Positions 8,215 through 15,585 of a stretch of DNA of 64,000 nucleotides are shown piece after piece. The translations under genes were made by a program, and so were the position numbers. How positions within the stretch are numbered: position 1 is the first letter of the stretch; every line of letters begins with the position of its first letter. The notes below the pieces were generated by a model, which was given only the letters and a program-made list of their open reading frames with translations, made no database searches and had not been told where the DNA came from. Source of the DNA: a virus; the IMG/VR virus record IMGVR_UViG_3300047483_000537, positions 1 through 64,000 of that record. One strand, given 5' to 3'.

Positions 8215-8306
8215 CTGCCTTAGGTCCGTGCCGTTCCGGTTTAGAGCGTCCGTAACCCAATCGGTGGCCACGACAGTGCCACGCTGTATATCGTAAGCAG
8301 CAACCA
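8215..8306 (+). ncRNA. Unassigned structured RNA between tRNA-Asp and tRNA-Asn
   Basis: GC-rich spacer; CTGC(C)TTA/TAAGCAG, GTC(C)GTG/CACGAC, CCGGTT/AATCGG helices. Confidence 0.45.
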
Positions 8307-8307
8307 T

Positions 8308-8382
8308 TCCAGTGTAGCACAGCGGTAGTGCAGTTGACTGTTAATCAATTGGTCGTAGGTTCGATCCCTGCCACTGGAGCCA
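8308..8382 (+). tRNA. tRNA-Asn (GTT)
   Basis: TTGA-CTGTTAA-TCAA, GCCA. Confidence 0.93.
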
Positions 8383-8389
8383 GAATTAT

Positions 8390-8463
8390 TGGGGATTAGT
8401 TAAATGGTATAACCACGGATTTTGATTCCGTTGTCAGAAGTTCGATTCTTCTATCCTCTGCCA
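8390..8463 (+). tRNA. tRNA-Gln (TTG)
   Basis: ACGGA-TTTTGAT-TCCGT, GCCA. Confidence 0.9.
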
Positions 8464-8464
8464 C

Positions 8465-8541
8465 GGGTCTGTAGCTCAATGGATTAGAGCACTTGGCTAC
8501 GAACCAAGAGGTTGGGGATTCGACTTCCTCCAGACCCTCCA
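8465..8541 (+). tRNA. tRNA-Arg (ACG)
   Basis: CTTGG-CTACGAA-CCAAG, CCA. Confidence 0.92.
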
Positions 8542-8554
8542 CCTACTAAACATC

Positions 8555-9022
8555 ATGCACGAATTTAATTTACAAGAAGTCAAGGATTTTATTTCAGCAC
8601 AATCACCAGAAACTAAAATTTATCTTGGTGCTGATTCGGAGCGTGTAAAAGTTCATGGTGTATGGCACGCTGACTATACTCTAGCAGTTGTTGTTCATAT
8701 TGACGGCAATCATGGTTGCAAGATTTTTGGGTCGGTTAGTCGTGAACGCGACTTTGATCAAAAAGTATCAAAACCAGCATTGCGGCTAATGCAAGAAGTT
8801 TATAAAGTAAGTGATCTATTTCACGAATTATCGGATGTTTTACAAGATCGTCACGTTGAAGTTCACCTAGATATTAACCCTAACCTAATGTACGGCTCTA
8901 GCTGTGTTGTACAACAGGCTATCGGGTATATCAAAGGTACTTGCAATGTAGATGCTCAAGTAAAACCAAATGCTTTTGCAGCAAGCTATGCTGCTGATCG
9001 TTTAAAATTTATATTGGCTTAA
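8555..9022 (+). CDS. RNase H-like YkuK-family protein
   Basis: IYLGADS, RLMQEV..S, EVHLDIN, KP.AFAASYAAD pattern. Confidence 0.8.
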   Translation: MHEFNLQEVKDFISAQSPETKIYLGADSERVKVHGVWHADYTLAVVVHIDGNHGCKIFGSVSRERDFDQKVSKPALRLMQEVYKVSDLFHELSDVLQDRHVEVHLDINPNLMYGSSCVVQQAIGYIKGTCNVDAQVKPNAFAASYAADRLKFILA

Positions 9023-9025
9023 AAA

Positions 9026-9229
9026 ATGTCAGATCGTTTCGACTTAGAACAAAATATTATGCAATGCTGGAATGTTTGTGATGACATTCAGCTAATGTTA
9101 GATCATTGGGATAAATTAGACGAAGATCAAAAGCAAAATTACTTGATTGGACTCAAACAAATGTATCACATGAAGTTTGAGACACTTTGGGATACCTTTG
9201 AAAAGTGTATTCGCAGTAAACAAATCTAA
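9026..9229 (+). CDS. Hypothetical protein
   Basis: DRFDLEQ.IM.CW type small phage ORF. Confidence 0.65.
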   Translation: MSDRFDLEQNIMQCWNVCDDIQLMLDHWDKLDEDQKQNYLIGLKQMYHMKFETLWDTFEKCIRSKQI

Positions 9230-9230
9230 T

Positions 9231-9305
9231 GTAGGTGTGGCGGAACGGCTACGCGTCGGATTGCAAATCCGTTCAATGCAGGTTCGAGTCCTGTCACCTA
9301 CTCCA
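9231..9305 (+). tRNA. tRNA-Cys (GCA)
   Basis: CGGA-TTGCAAA-TCCG, U73-CCA. Confidence 0.92.
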
Positions 9306-9307
9306 TT

Positions 9308-9382
9308 GCCCTTGTAGCTCATCGGTAGAGCACTCGCCTTGTAAGCGATAGGTATGCGGTTCGATTCCGTACTGGGGCACCA
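9308..9382 (+). tRNA. tRNA-Thr (TGT)
   Basis: TCGC-CTTGTAA-GCGA, ACCA. Confidence 0.9.
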
Positions 9383-9490
9383 TATTATAACACATTACTC
9401 GCCACTTAATGCATAAATGCGGAGTCGTCGCGCGCATACCTTCCGCGGGTAATCAGGAGCACCTGACATGGGTAGTGTGTTATAATATGG
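9380..9490 (+). ncRNA. Unassigned RNA: 21-bp stem closing a GC-rich multibranch core
   Basis: 9380-9400 pairs with 9470-9490 (2 G-U); inner TCAGG/CCTGA, GCAT/ATGC hairpins. Confidence 0.55.
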
Positions 9491-9810
9491 TTGTATGAAG
9501 CAAAAAGAAAAGAGTTCTGGACGGCGGTTCGAATCCGCCCAGCTCCACCATAAGCACGTGTCTTAGATGAAAGAAACCTCTGAGGGCTCTAATGGGGCGT
9601 GCTTTTGATGGGGCTGCATTTGGTTTCGACAGGGTTACAAGTAAACGAGTGGACAACTAGGTAATGCAGAAGCCTTAGGATTGGGGTTGTTCCCAGTCGC
9701 AGAAGCACAACAAAAATAAACGCAAACGATCAAGTTTACGCTTTAGCAGCTTAATTGCCGCTTAGGGTTTTGTCAGTTTTTCCTCGTAACAGAATAAAGC
9801 TGACCCTAAT
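9491..9810 (+). ncRNA. ssrA: Circularly permuted (two-piece) tmRNA
   Basis: 3' TLD half GGACGGCGGTTCGAATCCGCCCAGCTCCACCA (ends 9550) precedes 5' half GGGGCTG..GGTTTCGAC (9610); G3-U70; tag 9722-9754 ANDQVYALAA*; outer ends approximate. Confidence 0.92.
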
Positions 9811-9825
9811 TTATTTAAGAAACTT

Positions 9826-10413
9826 ATGAAGAAAACAAACATTCTAGACCCTAAACTGTTTCAAACAGAAAAGTATTCAAATAACTTTTCTAAACCGGTA
9901 GCACAAGTTCATGAGTTTTATTTAAGTGGTCAAATTGAAGATGCTGATGAATACATTGAATGGTTTGATGTTATCAGGAACGCTTCTAGCACAGATACTA
10001 TTCGTATTTATATTAACAGTCCAGGTGGCGACCTATTTACCACACTACAGTTTTTGCGAGTTATGTCGGATACCGAAGCTACCATTGTTACCAGTGTTGA
10101 AGGCGCTTGCATGAGTGCTGCTACTATGATCTTTTTACATGGTCATATGCAAGAAGTAACACCACATAGCTTATTTATGTTTCATGACTATTCGTCAGGC
10201 ACATTTGGCAAAGGTGGCGAACAGTACGATCAAATTCAGTTTGAGCGTGGCTGGTCTCGAAAGTTTATGAAAGAAGTCTACAAAGACTTTTTAACTGAAG
10301 CTGAGATTGAGTCGATGATGCACAACAAAGACATTTGGATGGATTCAGATGAAGTTGTTAAGCGTCTTACTAACCTAATGGAAAAGCGCAAAACTGAAAA
10401 TCCAGAAGAATAA
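9826..10413 (+). CDS. clpP: ClpP-like protease subunit
   Basis: IYINSPGG, GACMSAAT (catalytic Ser), SLFMFHD (His), DIWMD. Confidence 0.85.
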   Translation: MKKTNILDPKLFQTEKYSNNFSKPVAQVHEFYLSGQIEDADEYIEWFDVIRNASSTDTIRIYINSPGGDLFTTLQFLRVMSDTEATIVTSVEGACMSAATMIFLHGHMQEVTPHSLFMFHDYSSGTFGKGGEQYDQIQFERGWSRKFMKEVYKDFLTEAEIESMMHNKDIWMDSDEVVKRLTNLMEKRKTENPEE

Positions 10414-10419
10414 AAACGT

Positions 10420-10511
10420 GGAAAGTAATGCAGCGGGGTTGGTCCTGCGACTGGCCTTGAAAACCAGGTTCTCTTAACAGGGATGGGGTTCGACTCCTCT
10501 GCTTTCCGCCA
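10420..10511 (+). tRNA. tRNA-Ser (TGA), 8/4 acceptor/T-stem type
   Basis: GGAAAGTA/TGCTTTCC 8 bp, GGGG/CCTC 4-bp T-stem, loop CTTGAAA, long V-arm, G73-CCA. Confidence 0.85.
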
Positions 10512-10582
10512 TAAGTAAGTCTACCGAGAACATCGAGCTAACACCGGTTAAAGTGCTTGTAACTTAGTAGGCTTTCTTATGG
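10509..10582 (+). ncRNA. Hairpin element starting at the tRNA-Ser CCA
   Basis: CCATAAG-T-AAGTCTAC / GTAGGCTT-T-CTTATGG. Confidence 0.45.
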
Positions 10583-10740
10583 TTAAAAAATTGTGGACAC
10601 TTTGGGCAAACGCCCTCGGCGCCAAAGCCGGAAAAACGGACAGCGAAGCTGATAAGGTAGCACTAATTCGCACAGCAATTGTATTCAGTTATATAGTCAC
10701 AAACTGCTTTATTGTAGCAGGCGTTATAAGGCATTGGTAA
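10579..10740 (+). CDS. Small membrane protein (53 aa; not in ORF track)
   Basis: MVKKLWTLWANALGAKAG..EADKVALIRT..TNCFIVAGVIRHW; resembles a common small phage family. Confidence 0.7.
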   Translation: MVKKLWTLWANALGAKAGKTDSEADKVALIRTAIVFSYIVTNCFIVAGVIRHW

Positions 10741-11036
10741 TGGCTATTGGATTTAAAAAATTACGAGACCCCAGATTGGGTTTAACAGATAAAATAACAT
10801 TTGGTAAACTAGCTGGATGCAGAATTTGCGATGTAGCTCAAGATCACTACGAATATCTAATCTGGGCAGAGAAGTCTGGTTTTGTTAAGTACCAACCAGA
10901 AGTAGTTGAGCTAATCCAAGAGCAAGCTAGTTTTGCTCGTTGGGAGATTCACCAAGCTGAAGAAGTCGATCCGTACAAAGACGATTTTGATCTTCCAAAG
11001 CCCGTTAGTTTTGAAGACGATGATGTACCATTTTAA
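10740..11036 (+). CDS. Hypothetical protein with FGK-x-x-G..D...YL-x-W module (ExoX C-terminal/DUF3820-like)
   Basis: ITFGKLAGCRICDVAQDHYEYLIWA; acidic DDDVPF tail. Confidence 0.6.
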   Translation: MAIGFKKLRDPRLGLTDKITFGKLAGCRICDVAQDHYEYLIWAEKSGFVKYQPEVVELIQEQASFARWEIHQAEEVDPYKDDFDLPKPVSFEDDDVPF

Positions 11037-11037
11037 T

Positions 11038-11113
11038 GCGTGCTTAGCTCAGCTGGTAGAGCAGTTCGTTGCCAACGAACAGGTCGCAGGTTCGAATCCT
11101 GTAGCCCGCACCA
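11038..11113 (+). tRNA. tRNA-Gly (GCC)
   Basis: GTTCG-TTGCCAA-CGAAC, ACCA. Confidence 0.92.
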
Positions 11114-11119
11114 AACACT

Positions 11120-11329
11120 ATGTATAAAATATATTTCACTGACCCTAAAACAAAGCAACCTTTTGCAACCACAACAGAGCACTTAGAGTATGCACTAAAG
11201 TACTGTGAGTCTCTACGACAGTCTGGTATGTTGTTTGTTACAATGGTTTCAGACTACCAAAACATGGTAGGCAAAGCTGGTGCACAAGGTGCTGGTACAG
11301 AATATGTGCCGCAAATGCTTAATCCATGA
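11120..11329 (+). CDS. Hypothetical protein
   Basis: ORF filling the inter-tRNA gap. Confidence 0.6.
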   Translation: MYKIYFTDPKTKQPFATTTEHLEYALKYCESLRQSGMLFVTMVSDYQNMVGKAGAQGAGTEYVPQMLNP

Positions 11330-11478
11330 GTGTGGAATCTCCTTGTGTAAAACTGTGTAAGATAGAAGCGGGTATCTGTGTGGGATGCAAACGAACCTTA
11401 GCAGAACTAACTGACTGGTACAAACTATCAGACCAACAAAAATTACAAATACTCAACAATATAAAAACGCGTGCTTAG
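11326..11478 (+). CDS. DUF1289/YdhL-like Cys-rich small protein (not in ORF track)
   Basis: MSVESPCVKLCKIEAGICVGCKRTLAELTDW (SPCxxxC..CxGCxRT..E...W). Confidence 0.8.
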   Translation: MSVESPCVKLCKIEAGICVGCKRTLAELTDWYKLSDQQKLQILNNIKTRA

Positions 11479-11542
11479 TTTAATGGTAAAATTCTTTCCT
11501 TCCAAGTAAGAGTCAAGGGTTCGATTCCCTTAGCCCGCACCA
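11469..11542 (+). tRNA. tRNA-Gly (TCC)
   Basis: loop CTTCCAA, T-arm AAGGG-TTCGATT-CCCTT, ACCA. Confidence 0.88.
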
Positions 11543-11543
11543 T

Positions 11544-11618
11544 GCATCCTTAGCTCAGTGGTAGAGCGTCTCGTTTACACCGAGAGGGTCGGCAGTTCGA
11601 AACTGTCAGGATGTACCA
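11544..11618 (+). tRNA. tRNA-Val (TAC)
   Basis: TCTCG-TTTACAC-CGAGA, ACCA. Confidence 0.92.
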
Positions 11619-11628
11619 AAATTCAAAC

Positions 11629-11657
11629 TTGAAGTACTTCCCCGAATCGAGTATAAT
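11629..11657 (+). promoter_or_regulatory. Sigma70-type promoter
   Basis: (AC)TTGAAG-N17-TATAAT. Confidence 0.7.
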
Positions 11658-11683
11658 AAGTACTTATTCGGGGATTTTTTATT

Positions 11684-11866
11684 ATGAAAACAGCTTTACA
11701 AATAACCATCTTAAATATTGCTATTTTTGTTATGATATGGTTAGCACTAATCATTGCTGTAACTCCCAAAGAAGGTCGCGTTATTGATTGTGGCATGGCC
11801 AGCTTCCATCCAGATTATACGCCTGAAATAAGGAAGGCGTGTCAAGAGCGCTTTATAAAGCAATGA
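11684..11866 (+). CDS. Small membrane protein
   Basis: N-terminal TM helix. Confidence 0.6.
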   Translation: MKTALQITILNIAIFVMIWLALIIAVTPKEGRVIDCGMASFHPDYTPEIRKACQERFIKQ

Positions 11867-12384
11867 ACATATTTTTTGCAAGTGATCACCACTTTCATCA
11901 CAAAAATATACTAACATTTAAACGTGCAGACGGTACAGCATTACGTGAGTTTGACGACATTGACCACATGAACGAACATATTGTTAACTGCCACAATTCA
12001 GTAGTACGTCCTGGTGACAAAGTATACTTTTTGGGTGATGTGTCAATGAGTCGTAATGCTAAGGGACTAGAAATCTTAGCGCGAATGAATGGAGAAAAAG
12101 TTTTGGTTAAAGGAAACCACGACTTGTGTACTCCAAAGCAGTACCTAGAGTACTTTAAAGATGTTCGTGGGTCACATCAATTTGAGGGTATGATTTTAAC
12201 ACATATACCTATTCACCCAGAAAGTTTAGCTCGCTGGGGTTTAAATGTGCACGGACACTTACACTATCAGGTAGTAGGTATGCAACTATCAAAAATTCCA
12301 GATAAGCGTTACTTTAATGTTTCAATGGAACGTATCAACTATACCCCTATTTCATTAGAAGAGGTCAAAAAACAATGTCGGTAA
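11863..12384 (+). CDS. Calcineurin-like metallophosphoesterase
   Basis: SDHHF, LGD, GNHD, THIP, HGHLH. Confidence 0.9.
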   Translation: MNIFFASDHHFHHKNILTFKRADGTALREFDDIDHMNEHIVNCHNSVVRPGDKVYFLGDVSMSRNAKGLEILARMNGEKVLVKGNHDLCTPKQYLEYFKDVRGSHQFEGMILTHIPIHPESLARWGLNVHGHLHYQVVGMQLSKIPDKRYFNVSMERINYTPISLEEVKKQCR

Positions 12385-12827
12385 CACTACAAAATTTGGA
12401 GAGCGCTCTAGCTGGTGAATCTATGGCATATACAAAATATATGTACTTTGCCAAGATTGCTCGCGAAGACGGCTTTGAAGATGTTGCAAAACACTTTGAA
12501 CACACTGCTCAACAAGAGCTAAAACACGCTTGGGGACACCTTGAGCTGCTTATTGGTCGCCCAAGTACTAAAGTTTGCTTGGAAAAAGCCATTGAAGGCG
12601 AAACTTACGAATACACAGAAATGTATCCAGTATTTGAGGCTAAGGCTATTCGTGAGGGCAATTATTTGGCAGCGCAAGAAGCTAAAAATCAAGCTAACGA
12701 ATCACGTGAACACGCAGAAGATTTTATTGCTGTTTTAGCCAAAGCACAAAAACGCTTTGCAGCACTAAAGCGAGTAGAGCAGCGTCATGCAGAAGCATAT
12801 CAACAAGTTTGGGAGACAGTAAAATGA
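12375..12827 (+). CDS. rbr: Rubrerythrin (ferritin-like di-iron domain)
   Basis: NLESALAGES, A.QELKHA, AIEGETYEYTEMYP, ESREHA. Confidence 0.9.
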   Translation: MSVTLQNLESALAGESMAYTKYMYFAKIAREDGFEDVAKHFEHTAQQELKHAWGHLELLIGRPSTKVCLEKAIEGETYEYTEMYPVFEAKAIREGNYLAAQEAKNQANESREHAEDFIAVLAKAQKRFAALKRVEQRHAEAYQQVWETVK

Positions 12828-12958
12828 CATATATTTGTGTAGTATGTGACCATGTTCACGATGAGGCTACTGAAGGCGCTTGGGATACACTTCCAGACGA
12901 CTTTGAGTGTCCAGAGTGTGGAGTTGGCAAAGAAGATTACGTTGAGTTCGAGGACTAA
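12824..12958 (+). CDS. Rubredoxin (44 aa; not in ORF track)
   Basis: MTYICVVCDHVHDE...WDTLPDDFECPECGVGKEDY. Confidence 0.9.
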   Translation: MTYICVVCDHVHDEATEGAWDTLPDDFECPECGVGKEDYVEFED

Positions 12959-13378
12959 ATGTTAGACTGCTTAATCATCGGCGATTCGATTGCTGTTGGT
13001 GTTAGTGCCAAGCGTCCAGAGTGTATTTCGTACTCAAAGGGCGGAATTAACACTTGGCAGTGGAATAACAAATACCTAACTAAAAATCTATCTGCAAAAA
13101 CAGTAATTATTAGTTTAGGTAGTAATGACCACAAATATGTTAAAACTCGTCGTGAGTTGGAAAATATGCGTGAGTTAGTTCAAGCTGACAGAGTTTACTG
13201 GATTCTTCCACACGGTAACTTAAAAGGCAGCGAAATACCTATTGAACGTATTCAGCAATATGTAAACGAAGTTGCTGAAATGTACCAAGATGTGGTACTG
13301 CCAATTAGATACCCAACCAAAGATAATATCCATCCCAGTGATCGCGGATACAAAGATTTAGCAGAAAAAACGCGCTGA
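12959..13378 (+). CDS. SGNH/GDSL hydrolase
   Basis: IGDSIA, LGSND, DNIHP. Confidence 0.85.
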   Translation: MLDCLIIGDSIAVGVSAKRPECISYSKGGINTWQWNNKYLTKNLSAKTVIISLGSNDHKYVKTRRELENMRELVQADRVYWILPHGNLKGSEIPIERIQQYVNEVAEMYQDVVLPIRYPTKDNIHPSDRGYKDLAEKTR

Positions 13379-13398
13379 TAGTTTAAACTCAATAAAAT

Positions 13399-13474
13399 CC
13401 GACCGTGGCCAAAAGGTTAAGGCAGCGTTCTCATAAAGCGTTGATTGCAGGTTCGAGTCCTGCCGGTTGGACCA
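13399..13474 (+). tRNA. tRNA (CAT), Ile2 or Met
   Basis: GCGTT-CTCATAA-AGCGT, ACCA. Confidence 0.88.
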
Positions 13475-13489
13475 TACCAAAATTTGGTA

Positions 13490-13518
13490 TTGCTTTTTTG
13501 AGTCAAATGCTCTATAAT
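13490..13518 (+). promoter_or_regulatory. Sigma70-type promoter for HNH gene
   Basis: TTGCTT-N17-TATAAT. Confidence 0.65.
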
Positions 13519-13545
13519 ATGTGTAATATAATTAATTTTACATAT

Positions 13546-14154
13546 ATGAAAAAACAAATAGCACTTATTGATGCTTTTGAAATATTTTACCCAAATGCAA
13601 AGAGCATATTGTTAAAATATTCAAAATCGTGTAAAAAACCTGAGCTATCCTTAGAGTTATTTATACAGATTATATCTAAAGATAGTTATAATCTTAAAGA
13701 GTTGGGACTATCTGCTGGGACTACGACTAAGTTACTAAAGGAACTATTCCCTGACAGGAATAGCAATAATAAACCTTGCACACATATTCTAGAACTTTCC
13801 GGAATGAAGCACTGTACTCACTGTAAAGAAACATTGCCTACAGAAGATTTTAGAAAAAATTCTGCAAGAAAAGATGGATATAATACATACTGTAAAAAAT
13901 GTCACCAAGAAACCACTACTAGCACACAAGCAGGTAGGCAATCTGAGTATAAATCTAACAGGATACAAAGGACCATGTCTTGGTCGGAACTAGAAGACAT
14001 AAAGGCTTTCTACAATAAGTGCCCTAGCGGATATCACGTGGACCACATAGTGCCACTAAATGGGCAGTTAGTATCAGGACTACACGTACTAGCTAATTTA
14101 CAGTATTTATCAGCAACCGAAAACTGCTCCAAAAATAATAAGTATATAGTATAG
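13546..14154 (+). CDS. HNH homing endonuclease with zinc ribbon
   Basis: CTHC..CKKC; [18 protein letters not shown]...N.SKNN. Confidence 0.85.
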   Translation: MKKQIALIDAFEIFYPNAKSILLKYSKSCKKPELSLELFIQIISKDSYNLKELGLSAGTTTKLLKELFPDRNSNNKPCTHILELSGMKHCTHCKETLPTEDFRKNSARKDGYNTYCKKCHQETTTSTQAGRQSEYKSNRIQRTMSWSELEDIKAFYNKCPSGYHVDHIVPLNGQLVSGLHVLANLQYLSATENCSKNNKYIV

Positions 14155-14158
14155 ACCC

Positions 14159-14186
14159 AGCCCCTCGTCATGGAGGGGCTTTTTTG
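14159..14186 (+). terminator. Intrinsic terminator
   Basis: AGCCCCTC/GAGGGGCT + T run. Confidence 0.85.
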
Positions 14187-14203
14187 TTTGTAGAAATATT
14201 CAC

Positions 14204-14232
14204 TTGAAATATTGATTACTTTCGGATATAAT
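14204..14232 (+). promoter_or_regulatory. Sigma70-type promoter
   Basis: (AC)TTGAAA-N17-TATAAT. Confidence 0.75.
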
Positions 14233-14268
14233 TATTTTTTAACAACGCAACTCAACCTTTTAAAACAC

Positions 14269-14571
14269 ATGAAAATTAATTTTGCTCAAGTTCCTGCTGA
14301 CGACGTAGATATGTTTGGCGACGATGGTCTTTTTGGCCCTGACCATAGTGGTAACTTTTACTACAACTTTGTTGAGTTTGGTACCAATCCTGGAGGCACT
14401 GAAGAAATTGCCGTCCAAGATGGTTGTGGCCGTTATATGCCTATTGCAGTTGAACACATTCCTAGTTTGATTGATGCACTACTTACTGCATACCGTATGC
14501 ATTTGACGCAAGAATCTGCTAAGAACGAACTAGACCTGATCACCAGCGATCACGAAATGTTTATTGACTAA
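14269..14571 (+). CDS. Hypothetical protein
   Basis: ORF downstream of promoter; start moved to MKINF. Confidence 0.6.
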   Translation: MKINFAQVPADDVDMFGDDGLFGPDHSGNFYYNFVEFGTNPGGTEEIAVQDGCGRYMPIAVEHIPSLIDALLTAYRMHLTQESAKNELDLITSDHEMFID

Positions 14572-14580
14572 GGAAATACA

Positions 14581-14967
14581 ATGGCTACAAAATCTAAAAC
14601 ACCAGCTACAGCCGCAGCAACTCCCGCAGGCGTTAGCCGCACACAAGCTAACCGTAAGCGTCGTCTAGAGCGCACACTTAAGGCACAGCCTAATAACAAG
14701 CAAGTACAGCTAGCGCTACTAGACACTGGTTCAAAGCGTAAAGCTCCCGTATCTCCTCAGTGGTCACACTCAGCAATTCGACTGGCTAAACTATTCAAAG
14801 AGTTTACTGGTCGCGCTCCCAAAGAATTGTTTAGTTCTAACCCTAAAGTGCAGCAAGCTGCTATGACTGTACCTAGTACCAGAGTCTTTGTAAATCTGCC
14901 ACAAGGCAAGGTTGATTTCTCTCTTGCAGCTCGTGCGTTTATGCGTAAAGGCAGTACATGGAACTAA
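14581..14967 (+). CDS. Basic hypothetical protein
   Basis: AGGA RBS; K/R-rich. Confidence 0.65.
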   Translation: MATKSKTPATAAATPAGVSRTQANRKRRLERTLKAQPNNKQVQLALLDTGSKRKAPVSPQWSHSAIRLAKLFKEFTGRAPKELFSSNPKVQQAAMTVPSTRVFVNLPQGKVDFSLAARAFMRKGSTWN

Positions 14968-15233
14968 TTGGATACTACTTGCTGTTTGCATTTAGTATCT
15001 CGCTAACTGCCGCATTTTATTGGTTTATACCGCTGCTTCGAGAAGCACACGCACAAGGAATCTCAAATTCAATGACACAAAATCCCAAGCTGTCGTTTGT
15101 GGTGTATGTTTTAATTTCAGCAGTGGTTGCTCCGCTACTGATCTTTCCAATGTTTAGTAGTAATCTAGAGCAGCATTTTGTGGCAGGTTTGCGTAAAGAA
15201 ATGTTATCACCAGATCAAGAAAAACAGACTTGA
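14958..15233 (+). CDS. Membrane protein
   Basis: Two hydrophobic helices. Confidence 0.6.
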   Translation: MELIGYYLLFAFSISLTAAFYWFIPLLREAHAQGISNSMTQNPKLSFVVYVLISAVVAPLLIFPMFSSNLEQHFVAGLRKEMLSPDQEKQT

Positions 15234-15258
15234 GTCATGAGTCTAATCTCTGTATAAT
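15230..15258 (+). promoter_or_regulatory. Sigma70-type promoter
   Basis: (AC)TTGAGT-N17-TATAAT. Confidence 0.7.
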
Positions 15259-15289
15259 ATAGGCTTAGATTGATACAAAAAGGCAAAAC

Positions 15290-15562
15290 ATGAAACTCGT
15301 AGAATTCAATTATACAAAAGCTGATGGCACTGCAAGTGCACGTGCAGTTATCGAAGTACTGCAACCCAACCAGCACTTCGAAGGTATTGACGTTAGTCAA
15401 ATGCCTGAAGATGACTTTGCTGAATTCACCCGCGAATATCGTGACTTGCTTGAACAGCAATATAATGCTAAAATAGCTGTTATGCAAAAATATGATTTGA
15501 AGCATAACTATCGTCGTTTTACTCCTGAAAAAATGACTGATGTAACCGCAACCCACATTTAA
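15290..15562 (+). CDS. Hypothetical protein (FxYxKxDG..R, WYL/SH3-like start)
   Basis: FNYTKADGTASAR ... YRRF. Confidence 0.6.
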   Translation: MKLVEFNYTKADGTASARAVIEVLQPNQHFEGIDVSQMPEDDFAEFTREYRDLLEQQYNAKIAVMQKYDLKHNYRRFTPEKMTDVTATHI

Positions 15563-15585
15563 ACAAAACATACTGAAAGAAAATT

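Noticed and set aside
13371-13386. CGCGCTGATAGTTTAA, like a tRNA 5' remnant
   Set aside because: Only about 16 nt with no other arms
13405-13545. N-terminal extension of the HNH ORF
   Set aside because: Runs through a tRNA and the promoter; ATG at 13546 is more plausible
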